DNA from: Novakomyces olei
Lineage: Eukaryota
Direction of reading: 5' to 3'
DNA: 64,000 nt
Assembly: GCA_016906335.1 (NCBI GenBank)
Contig: JADEYG010000002.1
Coordinates: 1 to 64,000, forward strand
Positions 49,630-60,164 of this stretch are shown here, piece by piece. The position numbers and the translations under genes were made by a program. The notes beneath the pieces are model-generated. The model searched no databases. It worked only from the letters and a program-made list of their open reading frames with translations, and was not told the origin of the DNA. Each line of letters opens with the position of its first letter. Position 1 is the stretch's first letter.

Positions 49630-51570
49630 CTGGGTTTCAAATATTGGGTCTTTCCAAAGTTCGATTACACGTAGCAGAAAAAGTAGAAACAAGACCTATT
49701 CTAAAAGCAATACCTAGGAAGTCAAGGAAAGCTAGATGATGCATCAATTTTAAATTTTTTTTTGCGAAACCCTAACTTTTGTACAAAAGTAATGAAAATC
49801 AATTGTTGAGTATGATCGCATCGTCAGTTGCCCCCGAGCTAATCATCAGCTTCAGAAGCCATGATTCTGGCACTGAAGTTTTGAATGTACTCGAACAGCT
49901 CTTTGTTTCTAATGTCTCCAATACAGAATAGTTTTCCAAACTCAAGTCTAGTATTTCTCATATCTTTTTCTCAACTCGTTTCTTACACCAAAACTTGTTT
50001 TTCTTGAAGACGCGAGGCTTTCACAAATCTTTTGTTTGGCCGCGACGTATGCTGAGATGACAAATGTTCTAAACAGTGGCTTCCCAAAGCGATTGTTTTC
50101 CGTATATGGACATCGGTGAGCGCCCCCTTTGGCATAATTGCACCTCTCCATCCCACGTCGCTCTTGGTGTAGCGCTTCAGGGCATTTGGCGCTTCCATAA
50201 ACAAATCATAGACAGAATATCCCTCGCCATCCCCATTGACTAGCGCGCTCTTGATGCTGGATCTCGCCGTCTCAAAGACGGACACCGGCATCAGTGATAA
50301 AAAGATCAGTTTGATGCAACAGATCGCGAAATACATGTATCCAGTTTGGTTGTGTTTCAAACGACTCACTGATGTCCTCGGTTAACGGGGCCAAAATAGA
50401 AGCGTCCAGGTGTATGAGCTTCCAAAAGACTGCTCTACCTAGCTCACAGCTTGCCAGGTTTTCGGTTTTGCTTGCCCAGTCCTTAGCGATCTCTTTCAGT
50501 GCCGTGGTTGGTCCATGCACTTGCATTCCGTGTCTTTTCAGTTCCTGCAACCTGTGATAACGCACCTGGCATAATTCGCAGGCGAACGATCCAAAATTAT
50601 TTGGGCGTCGACGGCTTGTGAGATTGCGACGAGCCTCCCGTAATATAAAGTCCCCTGGCCTGCATTGATAGTTCGCCAACTTCTGTAAATTGCCCTTTAA
50701 ATTGGCCCATGTAAATACCAGCTTTCGCCCAAGAATTCCCACAATAACGGTCTCGCATAGGACCGGATCCAAGTAAACGTCCGTCATTGTCCCCGACGGT
50801 GTGGCGGTTCCGTTATCCAAGTTCGTTCAGATAAGCATCTTTGAGCATTCCTTGCGCGCGAAGGCCCACTGACGATAGGCCGTATTCACTGATTGGTCTC
50901 AAGTTGTACGCTGCATATCTCGTAGGTCCCGGCTAGACGAACGATTCGAAGACCTGGGCGATTCGTATCTCGTCATCGTGCACACGAACCCGCATATCCA
51001 TAAATAAAGCTGTCTTATGGTCCAAAAAGCCCTCGAAGACATGTGCCCATTTTGGCTTGCAATCGAAAACAAACCTTTCGCAATGGGGCTTGAGTATTTC
51101 GATGTGACGGTCGCGATCATGCTTTCGGGCGTACTGTCGAGTACACACAACACATTGGAACTTACCGCTGTCCAGCGCGTATCGCTTGCGCTGCCTCCCC
51201 TCTTCAAAAATGTTGTTGCTCATTGTCCGTAAACTTGCGGATTCGATGTTTAAGTTGCGGATCTGGTGGGGGTAGCCCATATATATAGACTTCGTTATAC
51301 CCACTAGAACATCGGGAACCTGCAAATCTGTTGGGTCTCTCTGAAATCATTAAAATCAACTATTTTGCTCAACGCGTCTGCCGCTAAACGTCTGCAAGTT
51401 CCAATGATCAGTATATACAATAATTGGCTTCGAATGTCCTTGCAAGTAGTGTCTCCATATTCCGAATGCATAGACAATCGCAAGAAACTCCTTATCGTGT
51501 ATATCATAATTGATCTCGGCTGGTTCAAGCTTTCCGCTTATATAAGCAATCGGTTTCTTTTCGCCTCCTT
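49630..51570 (-). mobile_element. Degenerate J-related gypsy (J3): RNase H relic then tandem ZF/JmjC-like cargo and a J-like LTR fragment
   Basis: PIAYISGKLEPAEINYDIHDKEFLAIV..YTDH (51380-51570); CVVC..H, TDVYLD..GRKLVFTW..PGDFIL, CELC..H..H; 49630-49700 resembles the J LTR. Confidence 0.72.
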
Positions 51571-51917
51571 TGTTAGGGAATGACCCTGGGTGATGGACTA
51601 GCCCGATATCGCGCGGGCGGAGGCAGGAAGATGGGGCGAACCAGAGTACTGTCGGTGATTATTGCAACAAGGAAACTAAGGAGCCTACAGCTGCAAAGTA
51701 TAGGCGTAACCCAAATTGATTTCACACAAGGGACAAGTACAAGCCTCTATTTATAGGCTTGACCCTTGTGGTTAAACTATGAGAAAAACTATTCTAGAAC
51801 TGTCTAAGCCACATTAAACAATTAACTAAAGGTAATTAAAGTAATAAAGTCAGAAGTAGAACAAAATTCGTCGCTATATTAACCGTTCATAGCGGCATAG
51901 ATAGCGACTCCCTAACA
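51571..51917. mobile_element. LTR family M
   Basis: TGTTAGGGA..TCCCTAACA inverted ends; partial copy 33861-34062; no TSD. Confidence 0.75.
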
Positions 51918-52870
51918 ACTCACTTTTATTAACATTCTCGTCTGTAGATTCGTAAAGTGTTCCAATATCAATTGGCAATGGACAGTCTTGGCCTTTATCA
52001 AACTGTCCTTTGGCATGAACCTTGAGGCTCTCAATAAAGCTTTGTGTAAGACGGTCCTTACAGCTACAACCGCTGGGGCCGGTCGTGTATAGTTCTAAAT
52101 AGAAGTAAAGGAATAAATGGCACAAGAGAAACAGAAAGCGATTACTGTAAAGCTTACCAGGAGTAATATAATATATTACTCCCACTTTGAGATAATCAAC
52201 CCGTGAAGGGCGAGAGGCCTTCACGGGCAACTATAAACTAAACTAAGTTGCGGAGGAGCGGATGCTCCTTCGCATTCTAAACTACTCTTCCCAAACTAAC
52301 TTGTGCGAAGGTCGCGCAAGTTAGAGCGGGAAGCTCTCAACCTAAACTAGACGATGGAAATAACTATGAATGTTCTCGCGCTAGCGGAGTGCGAAGGGTC
52401 GCACTCGCTAGCGTGCGAGAATGAGAACGGGAAGCGAGGTCCGTGCACATTGTGCATGGAGCCCCTCGCTCCCGTGGGCCAAGCTGGCTTAGTGCGCGTA
52501 CCTACATGCGCACTAAGACAACTTCTACGTCCCAAGACCATCGCGTTACGCGCCGACTGGTCTTGGGCCGCGTTGGCGAAGCTTGCGACGCGCGGACATC
52601 CCAAGTCCGACTACAGGCGTCGCCCCTCGCTTCCCAACGCGGTTGTCAGGAACTCGCCAAGGCGAGGATCATGACACTTTGCTGGCTTATGATTAGGTTT
52701 TCTTCTGAATACGATATATTCAGATCAAGAAAGTATTTGACTAGACCGATGGTATTGATTTTGAACGTAGATCCGAGATTATTTTCCATTTCTTTTGCAG
52801 CTCCTGTCCATTTCTTTTTCAGCTCCTGTTTTATACCGGTCAACAATTTCTTGTAGTCCTACCAATTGAT
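51918..52870 (-). pseudogene. Copia RT fragment interrupted by a D solo LTR
   Basis: FKINTIGLVKYFLDLNI..ISQQS/FIESL reads through once the LTR is removed. Confidence 0.65.
52045..52676 (-). mobile_element. Solo LTR family D
   Basis: TG..CA ends, CTTTG TSD. Confidence 0.93.
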
Positions 52871-53926
52871 ATAAACGGTAAAGAAATAAAATGTCAAATA
52901 CTAATTGATACCGGGAGTGACCTTGACGTTATTGAGTAGAACTTCTGCAATGTTCACCGACCAAAATACTATGAAAGTGACCATAAAATTGAAATGGCAT
53001 TTCAAGGATCAAGAACTATTAGCCGACACATGGCAAGAATACGATTTAAGGGATATGAGTTGAATTGCGCAGTGGCAAGACTGAGAACCTCTGACCTTCT
53101 CATCGGAATGGGAACACTAAGCAAACTTGGAGCAATTGTCAATATGTAAAGAACGCCCAGGACACTGTAGGCACTCTAGGCCGAAGAGGGATTACAAGTA
53201 ACACAAACACAAATATGAAGGAAGAAAATATATTAAGTTAACCCGTGAAGAGCGGAAGCTCTTCACGCTAGCCTATATACTTTGTTTACTTCGCAGTCAC
53301 TACTGCTAAGTAAACGTTCTACCCTAATTGCGTGTAACCCCGAACCCTACCGGACTACCGGAGTTACCGCTTACGCCGAAGTTCCGATACGGAACTTCGT
53401 AACTAAAACTAATCTAAACAACTATAAACTACCGAAGTCCGTAATCGGGACTTCGGTCCGAACAAACTACGAATGTTACGATTTAATTTATTTCTATATT
53501 GTTATTGCGTCTTCGATAGCACCGACGCTATTGAAGCGCTATATTATTATTTGTTTGTTGTCTTTATTTAATATTGAATATTTATTTAAATATTTACTTA
53601 TTATTTATTATTTATTGACTATTATTGTTCTGACTGCTTTTACTTGTTAGTTTGTTTAATCGTTTAAGTAGTTAGTGTTTCTAGAATATTCTACGTAGCG
53701 AGGATATAAATAGAGGTCATGCTTCTACTTTCCTCGCTACGTGTAATCGAACTTTGGGGAGACCCAATCTTTTAAACCCAGTTCTATCTCTTAATTTTCT
53801 CATAGTCCCAGAGCCGGCGTGAAATCCGGCAATTGGGTTCTCCTTTAGGCTTTCGCCTTCTACAACCATAACAGTATTACACGTCCACGATTCGGGGACT
53901 GTGACGTTTTCTTCGAGCTTTTTACG

Positions 53927-54836
53927 ATGGATTATCAGCAGCTACAATCGTTTCTTGAGCAAACGACGGCTCGCCTCGAGAGACTCGAAACGGAAAACCA
54001 GAGCCTTAGTGAGCGACTTCGCGCCGCTAATGGAATCGTGTCCAACACGCGCACCAAGGAGCCTAAGCTTGCTCCTCCGCCGTACTTTTCGGGCGATCGT
54101 TCGCAAACGGGGGATTTTCTGACCCATGTCCAGATGGTCATCGCGGGACAACCGGAACGATACAGCACGGATCGGCAGCGTGTTATGTTGCAGCCTCCTA
54201 CCTTAGGGGAGTTGCTTTTAAATGGTTTGAGCCACATGTCCGTAGCGACAATGGCGCCATACTTGACGATTTTAACAATTTTTGCCAAACCTTGGAGAAA
54301 ATGTTCGGGGACAGGGACGTCCGCAGAACGGCTGAAAGACAGATCCGCTTATTGAGACAGAAGGGATCCGTGTCGCATTATGCCACAGAGTTTGAGCGTG
54401 TTAAGTCGTGGCTTACGTGGAACAACGATGCGCTCGTTGCGCAGTTCTACGAAGGACTTAAAGAGGATATCAAAGACGAATTGGCTCGTCGCGATCCGCC
54501 AGAAGAGCTGAGAAGCTCATTGAAGAATGCGTTAAGATTGATACTCGCTTGTTTGAACGAAGCAAGGCTAGAACCAGAACGGTGAAGAGAATACCGGAGT
54601 ACCGTGGAGTGGGCTCGGCTGGTTATACACCTATGGAAGTTGACTTTTTGGAGACAAGAGCAAGTTTGAAAGATAGCGTCCGTGCTAACAGGAACGCTAA
54701 ACCGAAGCATGTTGGCTTTAAGGTCAAATGTTATCGTTGCAATGAAGAAGGACATGTTTCGAAGTATTGTCCTGCACCATATCCTGCGAGAGATGTGAGA
54801 GCAGAGGATTCGAAGAATTTAAAAGGCCAAGCCTAG
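53927..54836 (+). pseudogene. gag: Gag of J, two 1-nt frameshifts (~54188, ~54510)
   Basis: Three overlapping frames rebuild EPKLAPPPYFSGDR, AASYLRG, LRQKGSV, FYEGL, PMEVD, CYRCNEEGHVSKYC; TTTAAAA slippery site 54818-54824. Confidence 0.85.
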
Positions 54837-57800
54837 AGCCGACGGTGGTGTCTCTAGGGGTGATGGCACAGAAAAAGCCACCAGACGATAAACCTTATGG
54901 GAGGTTTGAGTTGTCGTGTGTTGTAAACGGCAAGAGAATTAAAGTGCTACTAGACAGTGGGTCAGACACTAATTTTATTAATCCAAGAACTGTTTTGGCA
55001 CTTAAGGCCGAGACCGAACGTCTGAAAACACCTATATTTGTCAGAGTTGCAAATGGAAAGCATATTGCACGAGGTGGAGTACCCATAAAGACGAAGGATC
55101 TACATGTCGATGTACAAGGTTTTGTATCTGAAGAATCATTCCTTGTTACCAATATTGGCAAGAACGACGCCATCCTTGGGTTACCATGGTTTCAGAAGCA
55201 CAATCCAGATATTGATTGGATTAATGGAACTATAAAGCCTCGCAATGCAAGTACTCCTACGGTGAAAGACGAAATTTCGAATATACAGTTGAGCAGTATT
55301 ACCACGGATGAAGAGATGGTTACAAATACAATACCACCAGAGTATACTGACTTTAAAGATGTGTTTGAAGAAAAGAACGTGGAAACATTGCCTCCACACA
55401 GAAGTTACGATCACGAGATCGAACTAACAAAGGATTCTGTTGTACCTTTCGGGCCAGTCTACAGTGTCAACCCAAAGGAACAGAAGTATTTATTGGATTA
55501 TTTGGAAGAGAACTTGGCTAAGGGATTTATACGTCGTTCCAAGTCGCCTGCAGGAGCGCCAGTTCTATTTGTACCAAAGAAAAATGGAGAATTACGATTG
55601 TGTGTCGATTATCGTGGATTGAATTCGATTACTATCAAGAACAAGTACCCAATCCCACGTATCGATGACCTTATTGACAAACTTACTGGAGTTAAGATTA
55701 TGTCAAAAATCGATCTCAGAGGAGCATACAATCTTATCAGGATAAAAGAAGGGGATGAATGGAAGACTGCCTTTCGAACAAGGTACGGGCATTTCGAATA
55801 TTTGGTCATGCCTTTTGGTCTTACCAATGCACCCGCCACGTTCCAAAACTTGATGAATGATGTGTTTCGAGATTTATTAGATTACAAAGTGTTAATCTAT
55901 CTGGACGACATTTTGGTATTTTCACGCGATAGGGAATCGCATGTGAACGATGTGAAAGAAGTATTAAGAAGATTGAGAGAGAATAATCTTTATGCTAAGG
56001 ACGAGAAATGCGCATTTCACAAAGAAAGCGTCGAATTTCTTGGTTACAACTTATCGACGAATGGAGTGTCGATGTGCGCAGATAAAAGGGAACCTATTTT
56101 GCAATGGGAGCCACCAAGATCTGTGCACGATGTTCAAGTCTTCCTTGGTTTTTGCAACTACTACAGGAGATTTATAAAAGATTTTGCGAAGATAGCGTTG
56201 CCGATAACACGAACGCTAAAGAAAAATGAAAAGTTTATATGGGAGACAGAGCAGCAGGAAAGCTTTGCTAAATTGAAAAAATGTTTCGTTAGCGATGTGA
56301 TGCTACAACACTATGACCCAGATCAACAATGTATTATCGAAACGGATGCGTCTGATTTTGCACTCGGAGCAGTGTTGACGCAAGGGCCAGAAAAAGGCAG
56401 ACGACCAGTTGCATTTATAAGCCGAAAGCTTACACCAGCAGAGACTAACTACGACATACATGATAAAGAGTTGTTAGCTATAGTTTGGGCTTTCAAAGTT
56501 TGGAGAACGTATTTGCAAGGTCATGCTATACCAATTATTGTCTACACAGACCATCGCAACTTACAGACATTTACAACGACGAAACCGCTCTCTAGAAGAC
56601 AGGCGAGATGGGCCGAAGTCTTATCAGAGTATAATTTTGTAATCACGTACCGAAAGGGATCAGCAAATGGAGGTGCTGATGCTCTAAGTCGACGTACCGA
56701 GTTAAATGAATTAAAGAAAAGCAATTATATGGACAACCAACAGCGCATATTGCTAGCACCAGAATTGTTTGCAAATGCTATTACAACTGATCAAACCACA
56801 GGAGATTCTCAAGAGCAGGCAGAAACAGCAATCGCTATGCCAACTAAATTATTTGTCGATGAGAAGGATCGAATTAAAGTATTGTCACAGGCTCATGACC
56901 ATCCCCTAGCAGGTCATTTTGGGACAGCAAAAACAATCGCACTGCTGAAAAGACATTTTACATGGCCAGGCCTTACAAAGGATGCTACAGATTATGTTCA
57001 AGCTTGTACAACATGTATGAGAAACAAGACAACGCGCCACAAAAGAACGGGATTACTAAATCCACTACCAAGTCCGACCAGACCATGGAAATCTATATCT
57101 ATGGATTTTATTGTTAAATTACCACAAGCGGGAGGATTTGACTCTATATGGGTTGTGGTGGACAGATTTTCTAAAATGGTGCATTTTATTCCGATTAAAG
57201 AAGCTGTCACAGCTCAAGAGTTAGCGACAAAGTTTATTTCAGAGATTGTACGCTTACATGGGCTTCCTGACGAAATCATTTCAGACAGAGATCCTAAATT
57301 CGTGAGTAAATTTTGGACCTGTTTAGCGAAACAATTGGGAATTACGTTGAATAAGTCGACCAGTCATCATCCACAGACTGATGGTCAGACTGAGAAGATG
57401 AATCAAACATTGGAGCAATACTTGAGATGCTATGTGAACTATTACCAGACGAACTGGATAACTTTGCTACCGTTTGCAGAGATTGCTATGAATAACTCAG
57501 TTAGCAGCGCTACACAGCAATCGCCTTATTTTATTTGTTATGGATATCACCCGAGATTATCTTTAAATGGACAGGAAACAGAAAATCCTACGGCAAATGA
57601 GACTGCCACGAATTGGAGTCATCATTTTGAGAAAATCAATGAATTATTGAATGACAACGCCACGCGAATGAAGAGGTTTTACGACAGAAAAGTACGACCA
57701 GGACCGGTTTATGAACCAGGAGACCTTGTCTGGATTCGTAAAACGCATATACGAAGTGAAAGACCAAGTGAAAAATTTGATCACATACACATCGGACCCT

Positions 57801-58165
57801 TCAAAGTTATTGAACGAATTGGGAGGAGTGCTTATCGAGTGGAACTACCAGCACATATAAAAGTACATGATGTATTTAACGAAACAATGTTGGAACCACA
57901 CAAGCCAGACCGTTTTAATCGAGACCCGACAGATCTTGTTGTACCGGATATATTGGAAGAAACAAATGAATATGAAGTGGATCATATTGTGCAACACAAA
58001 GGGCGCGGTCGCGGAATACGATATTTAGTGCACTGGAAAGGGTATGGACCAGACGATTGCACTTGGGAGCCATACAGCAATTTAAGTCATGCACAAGAGG
58101 CTGTTGCCGAATATCATACTAAAAGGAAGAATTTAGCGTCTTCACTTTCTCTTACGCTATATTGA
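54818..58165 (+). CDS. pol: Pol of J (PR-RT-RH-IN-chromodomain), -1 frame to gag, intact
   Basis: LLDSGS, YLDD, ETDASD, SMDFI, GPF module, EYEVDHIV..YLVHWKGY..TWEP chromodomain. Confidence 0.95.
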   Translation, partial: FKRPSLEPTVVSLGVMAQKKPPDDKPYGRFELSCVVNGKRIKVLLDSGSDTNFINPRTVLALKAETERLKTPIFVRVANGKHIARGGVPIKTKDLHVDVQGFVSEESFLVTNIGKNDAILGLPWFQKHNPDIDWINGTIKPRNASTPTVKDEISNIQLSSITTDEEMVTNTIPPEYTDFKDVFEEKNVETLPPHRSYDHEIELTKDSVVPFGPVYSVNPKEQKYLLDYLEENLAKGFIRRSKSPAGAPVLFVPKKNGELRLCVDYRGLNSITIKNKYPIPRIDDLIDKLTGVKIMSKIDLRGAYNLIRIKEGDEWKTAFRTRYGHFEYLVMPFGLTNAPATFQNLMNDVFRDLLDYKVLIYLDDILVFSRDRESHVNDVKEVLRRLRENNLYAKDEKCAFHKESVEFLGYNLSTNGVSMCADKREPILQWEPPRSVHDVQVFLGFCNYYRRFIKDFAKIALPITRTLKKNEKFIWETEQQESFAKLKKCFVSDVMLQHYDPDQQCIIETDASDFALGAVLTQGPEKGRRPVAFISRKLTPAETNYDIHDKELLAIVWAFKVWRTYLQGHAIPIIVYTDHRNLQTFTTTKPLSRRQARWAEVLSEYNFVITYRKGSANGGADALSRRTELNELKKSNYMDNQQRILLAPELFANAITTDQTTGDSQEQAETAIAMPTKLFVDEKDRIKVLSQAHDHPLAGHFGTAKTIALLKRHFTWPGLTKDATDYVQACTTCMRNKTTRHKRTGLLNPLPSPTRPWKSISMDFIVKLPQAGGFDSIWVVVDRFSKMVHFIPIKEAVTAQELATKFISEIVRLHGLPDEIISDRDPKFVSKFWTCLAKQLGITLNKSTSHHPQTDGQTEKMNQTLEQYLRCYVNYYQTNWITLLPFAEIAMNNSVSSATQQSPYFICYGYHPRLSLNGQETENPTANETATNWSHHFEKINELLNDNATRMKRFYDRKVRPGPVYEPGDLVWIRKTHIRSERPSEKFDHIHIGPFKVIERIGRSAYRVELPAHIKVHDVFNETMLEPHKPDRFNRDPTDLVVPDILEETNEYEVDHIVQHKGRGRGIRYLVHWKGYGPDDCTWEPYSNLSHAQEAVAEYHTKRKNLASSLSLTLY

Positions 58166-58355
58166 ATTACTTGAGTTAGCGTGCGTGCTAACACTGACGC
58201 TATATATAAAGTCAGCATTGATATTTTATTTTGATTATTACCTGCAATATTATTATTGTCGGTTACTTATATATTGGATTACTTACCAATAATTTATTTT
58301 TATTTAAGGACGAGGAAAATTATTTCACTCTTAGCGGAAACGAAGCACAGCCGCA

Positions 58356-59393
58356 ATGTCAAACGCCTCGTCCCCAACACAATATTTTGACGCCTCGGAG
58401 ACCTCACCAGTTCAGGGGGGAGGTAAGCGACGACGCAAAGGCATGGGACCGATCCCCTGCGATCTTTGCGACGCACGATTTTATCGCGCCAGCGAACTTT
58501 CGAGACATGAGCACACGCACAACAAGGTGCTAAAAGAAAGTTTACAGTTATGGAAAAAGAATGCAGAAAATGCCACAAACTACGACTTGGGCATCTCGAT
58601 ACTGCAAAGGGCTACCCAAAAGAAGCCACAGATATGCCAACCAGAGACGCATGATAACGAAAAGTTTGCCGAAAACGTTATCAAAGATCTTCTACACGGA
58701 AGCTCGTGCAGCTTTGCAAAGACGAACGTTCGCGAATTGGACAACGAAGTCCATGTGTCTAACTTTGTACTACAATTCTTTACATCAAAGACCGATGGAG
58801 TTGCGGCGTACAACATTGTCCCGAGTGGGGATACGATGAGGCTGCTCACGCCTTTAAAACAGCATCAGAATCTAGCTTCTCTTTGGCTGTCTGCTGCATC
58901 GCCAGCGCCTCTTATAACCGATGTTCATGCCGACAACATTCTCTTGGCCAACACAATTATGTGTCTCTCTGGCAAGAAACTTGTTTTTACCTGGCCCCCG
59001 ACGGATGAGAACTTACGTCTGTTTGGACCCAGACACCGTCGCCACGGGGATCTATTCTTACCACTAGCGATTCGCTCTCTGTGCGGCCTCAAGTTAACAT
59101 TCTTGACAGCCGGGAAAGCAATGACAATGGAACCGGGGACGTTACATGCGGTAATGACCCTCGAGAACTCTATTATCACTGGGTACTCGTTTGCATACAC
59201 CCATTCGCGTCTCAAGCGTCTAGCCATGTGGGATGCTGAGAGTGCAAAAGGAACGGATTTGGAACTTCAAGTTGAGAACGAGCACCAGGAAGCAATTGAA
59301 GTTTACCGAGCCACTCTTCCTGCTTATTACAACGCGAAAAAGAAGTTTATTTATTCGGGCTTACAGGTGTTACGCCTCGGGAGGGGAGAGTAG
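58356..59393 (+). CDS. Accessory ORF3 of J: basic NLS-like patch + C2H2 zinc finger + JmjC/cupin Fe-2OG dioxygenase domain, 345 aa
   Basis: KRRRK; CDLC-x12-H-x3-H; T188, H191, D193, K208, H264 in TDVHAD..SGKKLVFTWPPT..PGTLHAVMTLENS. Confidence 0.85.
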   Translation: MSNASSPTQYFDASETSPVQGGGKRRRKGMGPIPCDLCDARFYRASELSRHEHTHNKVLKESLQLWKKNAENATNYDLGISILQRATQKKPQICQPETHDNEKFAENVIKDLLHGSSCSFAKTNVRELDNEVHVSNFVLQFFTSKTDGVAAYNIVPSGDTMRLLTPLKQHQNLASLWLSAASPAPLITDVHADNILLANTIMCLSGKKLVFTWPPTDENLRLFGPRHRRHGDLFLPLAIRSLCGLKLTFLTAGKAMTMEPGTLHAVMTLENSIITGYSFAYTHSRLKRLAMWDAESAKGTDLELQVENEHQEAIEVYRATLPAYYNAKKKFIYSGLQVLRLGRGE

Positions 59394-60164
59394 TGTTACG
59401 ATTTAATTTATTTCTATATTGTTATTGCGTCTTCGATAGCACCGACGCTATTGAAGCGCTATATTATTATTTGTTTGTTGTCTTTATTTAATATTGAATA
59501 TTTATTTAAATATTTACTTATTATTTATTATTTATTGACTATTATTGTTCTGACTGCTTTTACTTGTTAGTTTGTTTAATCGTTTAAGTAGTTAGTGTTT
59601 CTAGAATATTCTACGTAGCGAGGATATAAATAGAGGTCCTGCTTCTACTTTCCTCGCTACGTGTAATCGAACTTTGGGGAGACCCAATCTTTTAAACCCA
59701 GTTCTATCTCTTAATTTTCTCATAGTCCCAGAGCCGGCGTGAAATCCGGCAATTGGGTTCTCCTTTAGGCTTTCGCCTTCTACAACCATAACAACGAACC
59801 ATCTATAAGAAAGCCGGAGGCCCGAGCCTCCGAACAGCCGATCATCACAGGATGCCCCCTCTCAGCTCCGAGCTCCCGATCGGAGGAATCTCGGCATCTC
59901 GGTACTTTGTAGGCGCTAATAGACAATAGCAAAAGGAACAACAATAGTAAAATAAGTCGGGCGGGTGAGATGCTTTTGAACTGGGCGCTACCCCCCCTTA
60001 AAAGGATCGAACACGCACTAAGTTGAGTTAGGCGGTCGCAACAGGTTGAGCTTCGTAAATCACAATAAAACCAATTAAATCACTCAAACATTTTTTGTAT
60101 TTTTGTAAGTTTTCTCGAATTCAATAATAAGATCTTGGCAATGAGCCAAATTTCGCTTGGGTTC

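Larger units (their letters stand above)
53474..59793 (+). mobile_element. Complete chromovirus J with a third ORF; 400-bp LTRs 53474-53873 and 59394-59793
   Basis: ACGAA TSD, TG..CA, LTRs differ at one position that I could see, self-priming PBS, PPT GGGAGGGGAGAG. Confidence 0.97.

Noticed and set aside
58356-59393. ORF3 as an env gene
   Set aside because: No signal peptide, furin/fusion segment or TM anchor; nuclear-type motifs instead
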